In this document: piece after piece, positions 38,905-51,135 of the stretch
Layout: every line of letters begins with the position of its first letter
How positions within the stretch are numbered: position 1 is the first letter of the stretch
Assembly: GCA_051294905.1 (NCBI GenBank)
Contig: CM119371.1
Span: 4,218,001 to 4,282,000 of the forward strand
Reading direction: 5' to 3'
Length of the DNA: 64,000 nt
From: Botryllus schlosseri
Lineage: Eukaryota
Program-made: the position numbers and the translations under genes
The notes under the pieces: model-generated
Told to the model about the DNA's origin: nothing
The model's input: the letters and a program-made list of their open reading frames with translations, nothing else
Database searches by the model: none

Positions 38905-41600
38905 TTTTATGAGGTTGTATACATAAAACAAATTACCAATGCAAAGTTTAACCTGTTATATGTTTGCAAAGTAAAAGAAATTTTACACACCTTATCGTAA
39001 AGGGAGTGCTATTATCGAATACTTGTATCAGCTTATTGTTTTACATGATAGGTGCCGGTAATACAGAGACGCAGAAACCTGTTGGTGACAAGCCAGAGGC
39101 GACCTATATATACAGTAATGAATCACCGGACTTCTATATGGCAGAACTGGAGGCTCAACTCCAGAAATTGATCGATAGCCTACCAGTCGGACATTGAAAT
39201 CTGCAATGTATATAGGTGCGTATTTATTTTATAACCACTACTTGCCTTAATTCTGAAAACACTTCCTCTTTGAAATGTAGGCTGCTTCTATGAATCAGAG
39301 ATTTCATATATTAAAATCCCAATCTGATAATGGCTTAGGCTCAAATCAATTCAAGAGTGAGGAATATCAAAAATTCTTTGAGCAATGTCAGCTGTAAAAT
39401 GATATTGATGCAAATTTGTTCGATGTGTCGAAATTCAAATCGGTGCTAATCTCAAATTCGAAAAATAATGGTACGAATCATAGCTATTAGGTGCATATCG
39501 AGGTCAATGGATATCAGAAAATAGAGCACACAATATTCCCATTTACAAATTTGACTCAAATACTAAAATAGATGTTGAAATCCATAGCGATAAGGAAAAC
39601 CATATGCATATCGAGTTGAACATATATCATAGATCCAAATGACAACTCTCGCTTGTATGTGACGTTGTAAAAAGATTGTTAGCACTGGCCTGACTGGCTA
39701 TACGTTGAATTTCTGTATCAAAACTGCGTTTGATTCGACAGATAAGGCAGAAGACCCATCAGTCGTACCTATTTTTCACCCCTTATCACAAAGACAGTGG
39801 TATGATCTAATACAGAGGTCTCAAACACGCGGCCCGCGGGCCACATGCGGCCCGCTAGACCATTTTGTGAGGCCCGCGACAGCATTTTGGATTTCGAAGT
39901 ATTCGACAATATTTTACTACCAGTTTTTGAGGACTTAAAATTCGCTCTAAAACTACTCCAGAAGCCTGAAACTACTCATCAAACTTCACTAATACATCAG
40001 TTTCAAAAGTTACCACTGAGTGGAAGATCAACTATTACGTGACATTACTTGTTTAATATGGTAAAACATGACCCGTTGATGATTCGTGACTGAAAATTGT
40101 GATTTGGTCTTGGACGCGACCCTCTGTAGAATTACTCGTACTCGTCACGTCAAACGTTATAATCAGAGAAGGACTTTTGTGACTCGGAATGCCGTGGTTT
40201 GGTACAACCACGCAAATCTCAAGGCTCAGTGAAATTGGTGTACGTCATACTTTCCATTTGGTCGAAGGCTATTTGACGGTAATTTTTGTCCGGCTTGTCC
40301 TGTATTAGCCTAAATTTCATAAAACGAGTATCAATCGAAAGCTACCCCGGTACTGATTGCGCCCACGCTGGAGGCGCTTGATAAGGGCCCAAAACTGATA
40401 TCTTGATGTTCCTTTGTTTCCTGTTTTCTTTTGCCCTTTTATTTAATTGAAAGCCGATATATATATATATACTGATTGCGAAAATATTTATTTATTCTGT
40501 TCGTGGTCCCGGAACTCCCCAAAATAAGCCTCGAGTGTTGCATTGTATGTGACATTGGTAACTAGCACCTTCACCAATAAATCTGATATTCAGAAGATAT
40601 GACATGTAACGAAAGTCGCATTTTCAAAAGTACAGAGCATTTAATTGAACAGATTTACAGCTCTTGTTATGTTTGGATTTGAAATAAACTAGAAAAGCCA
40701 AACCTGCACACTTGTATGCAGGGATGTGTCTTTTACACCACAGTATAAAGTAGCCTTCGACTTTTTATTAGGTCTTATAGATGAAAAACTTACCAATCCA
40801 AAGTTTATCCTGTTATCTGTTTGCAAAGTAAAAGAAATTGTCCACCCCTTGTCGCAAAGGCAAGTGCTATTATCAAATAGTTGTATCAGCTTATTGTTTT
40901 ACATGACAGTTGCCGCGAATACAGAGACACAGAAACCTTTTGGTGACAAGCAAGAGGCGATCTACATAAAGAGTTACAAATCACCAGAAGTGTCAACTCA
41001 AAAAATTGATCGATAAGTCTGCTATATATATGGGTGTGTATCTATTTTCTTTTAACCACTACTTGACTTTATTTTGAATAGACTTCCCCTGTGAAATGTA
41101 AGCTACTTCTACGAATCAGAGCTTTCATATATTAAAATCCTAATCTGGTAATGGCTGAGGCGCAAATCAATTTATGAGTGTCGCGACAACATAAGAATAT
41201 CAAAAATTCTTCAAGCAAATTCAATTTGTAAAATGATATCGATGTATAGTTGACCAATGTGTCGAAATTCAAATTGGTGCTAATCCTAAATTCAAAAAGT
41301 AATGGTACAAATCAAAGCTATTAGGATTTCCATCTATATATATCGAGTTCAACATGTATCAAGGAATGGTGCATAGAATATTCATGTGTACAAATTTGAC
41401 ACAGATCAAAAAGGGTTGTTGAAATCCACAGGGATTAAGAACTCCGTATGCATATCCAGTCAAGCAGATATCATAGATCCAAATTACAACTCTAGCCAGT
41501 ATATGACACGACCAAAAAAATGGTTAGCATTAGCTATATATTGAATTTCTGTAAATCAAAACTGAGTTTGATTCAACAGATGAGGCAGAAGATCTTGCAG
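38905..41600 (+). repeat. Internal tandem duplication of the exon F-G block
   Basis: ~38905-39780 is similar to ~40770-41600, including intron sequence (e.g. TTTCATATATTAAAATCC, TTGATTC(G/A)ACAGAT). Confidence 0.82.
39813..40210. mobile_element. Truncated copy of the 6606-7943 hAT MITE (inverted)
   Basis: Begins CAGAGGTCTCAAACACGCGGCCCGCGGGCC; reverse complement of ~7490-7943. Confidence 0.85.
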
Positions 41601-42502
41601 CCTGTGCATTGGATTGGTGGATGTGACAGATGAAGCTGGATTCGGTAAGGCTATTTTTGTATCGTCACTATCTGTCTATACCGTCTGGATAAAAGGAGCT
41701 CGCTGACAAAAGGAGCTTACAATCTATTTCAATCGCACATCGGTGGTCAAAACAGTCCGCATGACTAATCCAATAGAAGTAGCGCCATAAATTTGCACTC
41801 CATTGCAAGCCAAAGTTGCAATTTCCAGGACATGTCAAAGCTATGTCATGCAGAGATAGAATGTAGTCAAAGTAGTCGGTAATGCTACTCAAGAAAAAAG
41901 TAACATCAATCCAAGTACTACTCAATTACAAGTAAATGTATCGATTCAAAGACAGATCAAGACTCATTCATGTGGAGATAGAAGGTAGACAAAGTAGTCA
42001 GCAATGCTACTTGAATAGAACTATCCTAGTAAATTATTTCTATTTAATTACTGCATGAGCGATTTCAACGACGAGGGAAAATTACTTCTCATAGCATTAA
42101 GGGGTAGTGAATGTAGTTATATTTGCTATGCTAGCACAAGTAGATGTAACACCGTAAATTTCAACCTAATTACAAGTAAAAGAAGCGATTTCTGCTATTG
42201 AATTACTGTGAGATGTTAAATACTTGTCCGCACATCAGACTTGGACAACCAGATAATTCTAGTTGTCTAATTAGACTAATTTAATCAAAAATTTTATATT
42301 GTTCCAGTCAAGTTTTTCAATTATAGTTCGAATCTCATTTCTGGTTTTCCTGAAAATGCTACAGGAAAACTCTAACGTGTGTAACGAACCAAGCTCAATG
42401 TACAGACTACTTCTAATTCATTACGCAAATACTTAACATTTTCTAGCTGTCAAACTCTGGTGGTGGTCATCTTGTACAGACTAATACACGCTAATACTGA
42501 AC

Positions 42503-44577
42503 CAGGGCTGTGGAGTCGGAGTCGGAGTCGGTGGAGTCGGAGTCGGAGTCTGGGTAATTTTCGCTTGATGGAGTCGGAGTCGGAGTCGGAGTCGTGAAAA
42601 CTATAATACCTGGAGTCGGAGTCGGAGTCGGAGTCGGTGGGAAAGTACTGACTGGAGTCGGAGTCGGAGTTTGTGAGAATGACCCTGACTTCGACTCCGA
42701 CTCCGACTCCAACTTCTCTATCATGAAAACATTTGCTTTCAAAGAATTTTCAATATAATTTTTATGTACCACTTATCACTGTTATTAATAACCATACAGA
42801 TCACGTGCGGCAAGCCCATGGCACGCAGGCCAAATTTGGCACACGAGAAGGTTAGGTGTGGCCTGTGAGGTAATTCTCGAAATTATTTAAGACATCAGGT
42901 ACAATTGCAAGGCCAACCAAAATTTGATTAGCATGACCGCGAAATTTGATGATGACTAAAGCAACAGTTCTGACGCATTGACGTATCCAGGGGCCAGCCA
43001 CATTTATCCCAGATCTTCGTATATGACCATAAAGTAGAATGTTTCATAGCTGATTTATTTGACTTGAAATTTTTCTCTGTACTTCGCGTGATTCATTGTC
43101 ACTAGATTTCTTGCATTCATTAGGCCTATTTGAGCCCCCTTCTGAAAATTATAAATACATATTATTTACAGAATTGAGTCTAACTATATTCGCAAAAAGG
43201 AGATACGGCTTCGCTTGTGCACTCGCAGCGAGATCGTCGACAAAACATTTGCACAAAATGATGAAGGCATGTTCACTGATACCGTCGATTTTGCTATGTC
43301 TAAACATCGAATAATTCTGTCCTTGCCAAATGAGCCCAGTGGTATACAAATGCGACCCAATGTATGTTAGCAACATATTTATTGATATAATTCAGACATT
43401 ATATTGCAAAAAATTTCGCGCTTCGCGCGACAAGGGCCTGATTGTGCACTACACAGTTACATGACATATTATCAATTTTAGAGCGTATAACTATTGTTTG
43501 CAATGTTACCTAATTCGGTTTGCTCATATCGGACGACTAAAACAAGGTTATCAACATTCCAGTTGCCCGCGCAATGGTTCGTAAATCTCATGTGTCCCTT
43601 TGGCCGACAAAGTTGCCCACCCCTGATATTGATAAAATTAGACATTACTTACTACATTAATTACAACTCGGTTGCACAGGGGAAGAAAATCGCAAAATGC
43701 GTTTTCGCGATGCAGTCGAAATTGATGCAATTCTTGGAATTATACCATGATACTGTGACAGAGCAAATTCATCGGCTGGTTTTGTAGAATTGTAAAAATG
43801 ATGTAAATATGACTAAACGATGCTTCCCGCTTGACAAAATGAAAAATATTTGTAGTGTAGCTTAGCTGTTTGCGTAGAACAAATGATTAAGAAAGACTGC
43901 AAGTCCCAATCCTTGAATACTTGATTAAGTACGTGTGGACTAGAAATAGGCTATGGTCTTTGACTACTTAACTAAATTCCATTTATGACCAATGTCTATT
44001 AGTAGTTAGAGTGTGTGTGCTTGTAATCAGGATAGTGTGCAATGACAAAATTAGTAAGTTCAATCTCTTTTATTAGTTGCTACCTCATACACAAGAGCTA
44101 CACTTGGATTTTTTATCTACATTTAATCATACATTATTGGATATCTGCCATATTTGAATGATTCATACATTTCAGGATATTAGAGAGTCCACGTTATAAA
44201 AACTTGAAAAGGGAAGGATATTAAGCAAATCTTTCTTTCATGTTAATTGCATAGTGGATAATTCGAGCTGTTCCACAATGAAACAATTTAGCATGCCACC
44301 GTTATTCATATGTTTGAATATGTTTAATGGTTGTATGATAGTCATTCAACCGACAATGTGGCATATCATTTTCGAAGTAAATTGGTAATATTGCTGGAGT
44401 CGGAGTCGGAGTCGGGAGTCGGAGTCGGTACGTTTAAAGACCCAGGAGTCGGAGTCGGAGTCGGAGTCGGTACGTTCGAAGACTCAGGAGTCGGAGTCGG
44501 AGTCGGTATATTGAAAATGTGTGGAGTCGGAGTCGGAGCCGGAGTCGGTGGTAAAATTTACCGACTCCACAGCCCTG
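42503..44577. mobile_element. hAT-type non-autonomous element with (GGAGTC)n subterminal arrays
   Basis: TIRs CAGGGCTGTGGAGTCGG / CCGACTCCACAGCCCTG; perfect TSD TACTGAAC; GGAGTC arrays at 42511-42710 and 44395-44550. Confidence 0.93.
42802..43625. mobile_element. Nested hAT MITE within the GGAGTC element
   Basis: Degenerate left end CACGTGCGGCAAG, right end GTTGCCCACCCCTG; imperfect TSD ATACAGAT/ATATTGAT; internal similarity to 63346-64000. Confidence 0.65.
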
Positions 44578-44639
44578 TACTGAACGTGAACTGAAAACTA
44601 GGAATTGTGTCGATATGGAACCGCTTCCATATTATATGG

Positions 44640-46213
44640 TAAGGGTCGGCAACCTACGGCCCGCGGGCCGGATGCGGCCCGCCAAGCGAAATCGTCCGAC
44701 CCGCAACGAAATAATTAGTTACCACAAGAATACAGCCCGCCGTTTCGTAACGAGTTCCAATCTGCAGTGCAGCACTGCTGCAATGCTTGGTAAGAATGCG
44801 GCATTGCTACGTTGTAAGTATCCTACGTCGTATTAGTCTATTGTTACGCCATAAAACTAATGCGAAGGCTGTTGATTAGTAGCCTATCTCGTACTAGAAG
44901 TAGGAGATGGAGAATGTATGTAGAGTAGACTAGACCAATGTTTATCAAGCGGGTGTATCGCGCAACCATAGGTAGGCCTATACCATACTTTTTAAGGGGT
45001 TGCCACTCTGATAGGGTGCGACATTGAAGGTGGCGGTTCCTCTGCTCCAAAAACGCTTGGAGCATCTCAGACGAAATGATAAAATCTCAAACTTTCCGTT
45101 TCATTTTAAATAACTAGCCTCCGTAGGTTAGTCATCTGCAGTTTAATTCACCAGAATACATTGTACGCCAAGACAGCAAACCTGAATAGTGTTTTGGACA
45201 CAGTGGGGAAAGTTGATTTTGTCTCACAAACTTAATCACCGACAGTTAGCCTACCCCATATATTACTAGAAGCAGAGAATCAATACGGCGTTGTCCTGTA
45301 TATCTGCCATGTTCGCACATTAAGTCGAGCAGCTATCCTTGCACGAGTGTACGAACTGAGAAACGAAATAGCAACTTTTCTTTGAAAATGCAAACATCGC
45401 CGACTCATAATCTTGTCATCGAAAATGGATATCTAATCTTGCTTTCGCAGTACATTTAACGTCACATCTAACAAATTGACTTCAGGAGGAAATAACTGAA
45501 TACATGAGATGTTGAGGCTCATTCCAAACAAAACTGCGACTCTGAGAATGTCAATAGTAAAAAGAAAATTATGCTCACTTTCCTATAGTGGGGGAGAGTA
45601 AACATAGTACCAGCACTATACATTTGTAACTGTGATACGAAATTTAATTACTGAATTTCCACCCGCTTTTCCGACATTCGTTCTGTACAAAATAAATTCT
45701 GACTACTCAGTACTCGATTTAATGTGAGCGCCAATACCGTTGCCTGAAAATTTAAAAGGGGCCTTTTGAAATGCGATGCAGTTGAATTGAATGACAAATT
45801 TCATACAAAGAGCATATCGCTGCATATTTTTGACTAAGAGTACGTTCTTGAAATTGATCTTTATCCCAGCTTGACCAACAATGCAAAAGAAATGGCATCG
45901 ACTTTTGATAGCACGTACGTATGTGAAAAATAGTTTTCAACAATGGAATTGACGAAGAGCAAGCTAAGATCACGTATTCTAATGCCCCTTTAGAATGTGG
46001 TTTGATTGTTGCTTCATCTGACTTGTTATTAGAAGTTGAAAATCTTTCACAAAGTATGCTGCGCCAAGTGTCACATTTATGCGGCATTGTTGAAGTGTAA
46101 ATACATGTGTTTTGCCCCCTTTTGTGATTTGTATTGTATTTGTAATTCCGGCCCGCCAAAAAGTTGTGCACTCGGAATTTGGCCCGTGACTAGCAAAAGG
46201 TTGCCGACCCCTG
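44640..46213 (+). mobile_element. Internally deleted Charlie/Buster-type hAT transposon with transposase relics
   Basis: TIRs (T)AAGGGTCGGCAACC / GGTTGCCGACCCCTG; perfect TSD TTATATGG. Relic motifs on +: CSLIHQNTLYAK (~45135, CxxH), KWISNLAFAVHLTSHL (~45423) and MASTFDSTYVCEK*FSTMELTKSKLRSRI (45892-45978, hAT dimerisation domain). Confidence 0.92.
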
Positions 46214-48044
46214 TTATATGGTATGATTCTGTCTTGGGTAATACATCTTGGCGTTTCGCTGCTCAAGGATGTATGTAAACATTTCAATATCGTCTGGAAT
46301 AAAGCAGGCCTTGGGATGTCTGTAATAATTCAAATCCAAATTTAATATTATCATTGTTATAGCAGGCCTTCAAATAGCTGCAAAATTATGATTTCCTTCA
46401 AATTTCAGGTTAGCAACTATGTGACAACAGCACCGGCGGACTTTTCAACGATAGCAAGCTGATACCTCTGTATACAAACGATGTGCAAGTGGAATACGTT
46501 GACAGAGACTTGACAGAGTCTTACTGCACAGCTCCCGAGCACTCAAACCGAGAAAGAAACCCTGCTCGAATGTTTCTGTACCTATATGTGCGAGCATTTG
46601 ATCAAGGATGGTCGAATCATTTTATTATACTTGCACTGAAAATTTATGAAATGACTTTACCAAAGTGTGACTTGGCATGAAAATTGATCAAATTACTCGA
46701 TTTGACTGAACTTGAGTCTACATTTCTGTGACGTGACTTGAAAAAATGATCAACTGACTTCGAATAAAGTCGAAATTTGTTGACTTTACTTGTAAAATTT
46801 ATGAAATGACTCGAATAAAGTATAGGCTCCTAGTTGAGTAGCATCACTGACTACCTCGGCTACATATATCTACTTTAAATAGTTTTGACCCATCTTTGAA
46901 ATCGTTACTTCGGCTTGTAATTGATTTCAAATTTAGGAGTTTACTTCTACTGTAACATCACTGACGACTTAAGGTACCTCCTATTTCTAATGATGATCGA
47001 CTTTTAATTTACGTTACCTCTACTTTCATATAAACACTGACTAATTTGATGACCTCATCCTACCAAGTTGTAACTCAGTATAAATATGTGGCATTACTTC
47101 TACTTCAAGTGTCTGCTTTTACTTGTAGTTGATTTGAAATTTACAATATCACTTACAATGGGGCCTAGTTTGAGCACCTGTGCTACTGTTATGTACGTTT
47201 TTCATCATCCAGGACAACGCCAAAGTGATTCTGCGTCATATGATGGAAACCCGTGATTTACATCGACCGATAACGGCACTTCACAACCTACAAATTCAAA
47301 CTGCTACAAAAATACGGATGCAATCTTGCGAAGATTCATGTTTGAAGATGAGAAGAGGATTCATGCAACGCTCAATACGACGAGCAGTATATTTCTATTC
47401 GCAAATTGCATCGCTCTAAGCTTTGCAGCTGACTCTTTTTTGAGATTAGAGTTCACAAATGAATGCATTGTTCGTTGCTATATTCTGAGTCTGAACCGCA
47501 TGGATATTATTTGATTGACTTTGTGTAAAATGACTTCAGATCGTTGTGTGTGTATAAATCCAGTGTTGATTTGTCAGGAAAACCTTTCTTCTGTAAAGCG
47601 AGTTAATGTTATTTATCATAATAGATCATATGTCGGATTGAATTATTGCAGTAATCGGTGTCACAGTAAAAGGTCACACAGTAAGGTCACTAAGGTGTCA
47701 CAGGTTATGTCAAAAGTAGTCTGACCTTGCTACTCGATTTGAATTGGAATTCACGAGGTAACTGTTCACTGGATTACGGGTGGAAGCAGCTATGTTACAG
47801 ACATGTCGAAACTTCTATCATAGGCAGATATTGAAATACCCCAGAAGTGCTGTAGTTTAAAAACTGAATACGGTGGATCAGGATCGAAACAGTAGCTCGT
47901 CAGCCCCCCTCCCCCCCCCAAAAAAAAAGACCAACGTCGACCAAAATCGCGAGTCGAATCATTACAACGCTGGACACTACGACGTTTCATGTGTGTGGGT
48001 GTGTTTTAGTTGTCCCTGTAAGGATGGGATTGACTGGTATTGTG

Positions 48045-49610
48045 GTTATCCACGTCGTCCAAATATCATATAATCGACCGAAAAGATCATCGCTCCATCA
48101 AATATGCCGGACCTGATGTGTGGAACAGTATCCCGCCGGCCATCCGACATGTCCACATTCAAGTCGAAATACAAGCAATTACTACTAAATAAATACAGTC
48201 CATCCTCAAGATTACCGGACAACGACTGAACTATCGATCTTGCTTCCCGTGACATGCCGCCCTATTGTTTGTCGCTTTCTTTTTCTATACTATCTTCTTG
48301 ACTTTCATTCAGTGTGTATGCCTCCTCTTTACATCGCCTAGGCCAGGGGTTTTCAAAGGGTGGGCCATGGCCCACGGGTGGGCCACAGGAGCATTTGAGG
48401 TGGGCCACAAAGCTATTTAGAAAATTTTAGAATTTATGTAAGTTTAGTTATATTTGTAATGTTGATCGCTAAAAATATATTCATGTAAAGCTTTTCATCC
48501 GACTCTGATGAGACGTGTTGGCACGTATGGAGTCAGCATGTACAAGTCCAAACCGGTGCTAACAGCAACTAAAATAATTTCGAGTATATAATAACTGGAA
48601 GGTAAAATGCTGAAGTAACCAAGCATTCCGGCAGGGGCTGGGGCATATGTCGTATGCCGTTGAAAGGGGTGTGCACTGTGCAATAAACTCGGAATGAAAC
48701 GTAATTGATGTATAGATTTACTGTAGGCTGCTTAGGCATGCCGTGTTATTGTAAGATAAAATAGCCCTAATTGCAAATTATTAGCACCGAAACGAATCGT
48801 AACGGATTGAGGAGTTAACGAAGTGCATTTATATGGAGTCGGTTTAAAATGTCCGCCCTGATATCATTGTACATAATCTAAGAGCCACGTGAATTGATTG
48901 TATCATTGGATTGAATATTCTGGCATCGCAACTTCAATTGGTTTGGCACAAGATGTGTTATTGCATGCATATTTAAAAAATCTTTCTCCACTTCTCTGTA
49001 GTACCCCATTCACCCATGAATTGTTTGAAGCTGACCCAGAATGATTACATTACTCCCAACAATAGTGGAACTAAAATCTCAATCACACGGCGGATGCGTG
49101 GATTTGATGTTTGTGTTTCGCGATGTGAATGGAGCAGCGGACGATCATAATATACACAGGAGTTTCAGCCTATGATCTACCAAGGCCGTGGGCCTAACTG
49201 CTGCACCCAAACCCCCGATTGTGGGACCTCGAAAGGGCCCAAGATTTGGAAATTTCCGCTTCGCGCGATCGAAAGGTCCGAAAGGTCTACATTTAAATAT
49301 CATCAGTAAATTGAGAGACAAATGCGCATATTTTGAAGGAATAGACATATCGGCGCAGTCGATTACCACGCATTGAACAGGATTATGACTCCAAGATGAG
49401 AGGTGGGCCACAGCACATTTTTAAACCGGAAAATGGGCCACGGTCAAGAAAGGGCTGAGAACCCCTGGCCTAGGCCAAGGTGGGTGTCAGATTCCATAGA
49501 ATACTCCTGGTCGCTTCGACATCTTCCTGTCTTTTCTTTGTATCGCATTTTTTGTGGTGTATTGAACTGATAAAATTGCTAATAAACCAATGATGATGAT
49601 GATGATGATG
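48045..49610 (+). mobile_element. 5'-truncated LINE (CR1/L2 group) 3' end, interrupted by a hAT MITE
   Basis: RSIKYAGPDVWNSIPPAIR/STFKSKYKQLLLNKY (~48091-48198) is the typical ORF2 C-terminal GxxxWNxLP..FK motif; ends in AATAAA followed by a (TGA)n tail at ~49582-49610. Confidence 0.75.
48344..49467. mobile_element. hAT (Charlie/Buster-type) MITE
   Basis: TIRs CAGGGGTTTTCAAA / CTGAGAACCCCTG; GTGGGCCA subterminal motifs; perfect TSD GCCTAGGC. Confidence 0.9.
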
Positions 49611-49748
49611 AGATACAATTACTGGAAATATAAGCAGTTACCGTGATGAAGAGATGTTTAGCCAAGATTTTTTTGACAATATCACTCGTAAAATTGATGC
49701 AGACTCAACTTAAATTTACGCTATACTTTTCAAAATACACCATACTTT

Positions 49749-51135
49749 TCAAAATACAAAGTGTGTCAAGTAAGTAGTGTTGCTGTAAAATACATGTGTG
49801 GCGAGATGCCGCAATATCTTTTCATGATGTTTTAAGTTACCAAGATGGGTAATAAACGCTTTTCCGCAGATCTGACATGCATAGTTTTTGACTTCAGTAT
49901 GTGTATTTCCATGTCTTTTCAAGTCACCAGGTAGGGTAAACGCTTTTCCGCAAATCTGACATGCATAGTTTTTGACTCCAGTATGTGTATTCTCATGCGT
50001 TTTCAAGTCACGAAGCCGGGTAAACGCTTTCCGCATATCTGGCATGCATAGTTTCTGACTCCAGTATGTGTATTTTAATGTTGTCTTAAGTTACCAAGAT
50101 GGGTGAACGCTTTTCCGCAGATCTGTCATGCATAGTTTTTGACTTCAGTATGTGTATTTCCATGTCTCTTCAAGTTACCAGGCAGGGTAAACGCTTTTCC
50201 GCAAATCTGACATGCATAGTTTTTGACTCCAGTATGTGTATTTATATGGCTTTTTAAGTCACCAAGCCGGGCAAAAACTTTTCCGCAGATCTGACATGCA
50301 TAGTTTTTGACTCCATTATGTGTATTTCCATGTTCTTTCAAGGTACGAAGCTTGGTAAACGCTTTTCCGCACCCTGACATGCATAGTCTTTGACTCCGCT
50401 ATGTGTATTTTCATGTCTTTTCAAGTCACGAAGCTGGGCAAACGCTTTTCCGCAGATCTGACATGCATAGTTTTTGACTCCAGTATGTGTATTTTCATGT
50501 TGTCTTAAGTTACCGAGACAGGTAAACGCTTTTCCGCAGATATGACATGCATAGTTTTTGACTCCAGTATGTGTATTTCCATGTTCTTTCAAGGTATGAA
50601 GCTGGGTAAACGCTTTTCCACAGACCTGACATGCATAGTCTTTGACTCCAGTATGTGTATTTCCATGTATTTTTAAGTCACCAAGCCGGGCAAAAACTTT
50701 TCCGCAGATCTGACATGCATAGTTTTTGACTCCAGTATGTGTATTTCCATGTCTTTTCAAGTTACCAGGCAGGGTAAACGCTTTTCCGCAAATCTGACAT
50801 GCATAGTTTTTGACTCCAGTATGTGTATTTCCATGTTCGTTCAAGGTACCAAGCTGGGTAAACGCTTTTCCGCAGATCTGACATGCATAGTTTTTGACTC
50901 CAATATGTGTATTTCCATGTCTTTTCAAGTTACCAGGCAGGGTAAACGCTTTTCCGCAAATCTGACATGCATAGTTTTTGACTCCAATATGTGTATTTCC
51001 ATGTCTTTTCAAGTTACCAGGCTGGGTAAACGCTTTTCCGCAGATCTGACATGCATAGTTTTTGACTCCAATATGTGTATTTCCATGTCTTTTCAAGTTA
51101 CCAGGCAGGGTAAACGCTTTTCCGCACCCTGACAT
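49749..51135 (-). pseudogene. Disabled 3' continuation of the zinc-finger array (about 16 more fingers)
   Basis: Same 84-bp units continue beyond -1 frameshifts at ~51126 and ~50371, a Cys-to-TGA change at 50126, a TAA at ~50076 and a further frameshift at ~50028. Confidence 0.88.

Larger units (their letters stand above)
35093..47333 (+). pseudogene. PLK1: PLK1-like pseudogene copy 9, the most complete (A, B, C, D, E, F, G, F', G', H, L)
   Basis: A 35093-35241; B 36182-36305; C 36886-~37062; D ~37644-37740 (YALLGGELPLECQTLQETFIR); E 37988-38138 (QGYIPQQLPTTCLAITP); F 39052-39215; G 39742-~39777 (KAEDPSVVPIF); F' 40910-41033; G' 41580-41644; H 46409-46606 (*QLCDNSTGGLFNDSK..VEYVDRDLTESY../TLLECFCTYMCEHLIK); L 47213-~47333 (DNAKVIL..VIYIDR*RHFTTYKFKLLQKYGC). 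Colinear with the PLK1 kinase and both polo boxes. Confidence 0.94.

Noticed and set aside
42491..44594. PT-rich and GV-rich ORFs (42491-42772, 44331-44594)
   Set aside because: They are translations of the transposon's GGAGTC subterminal repeats.
35093..47333. An intact PLK1 gene
   Set aside because: Most exons have stops or frameshifts; the glycine-rich-loop exon and the first polo-box-2 exon were not found.
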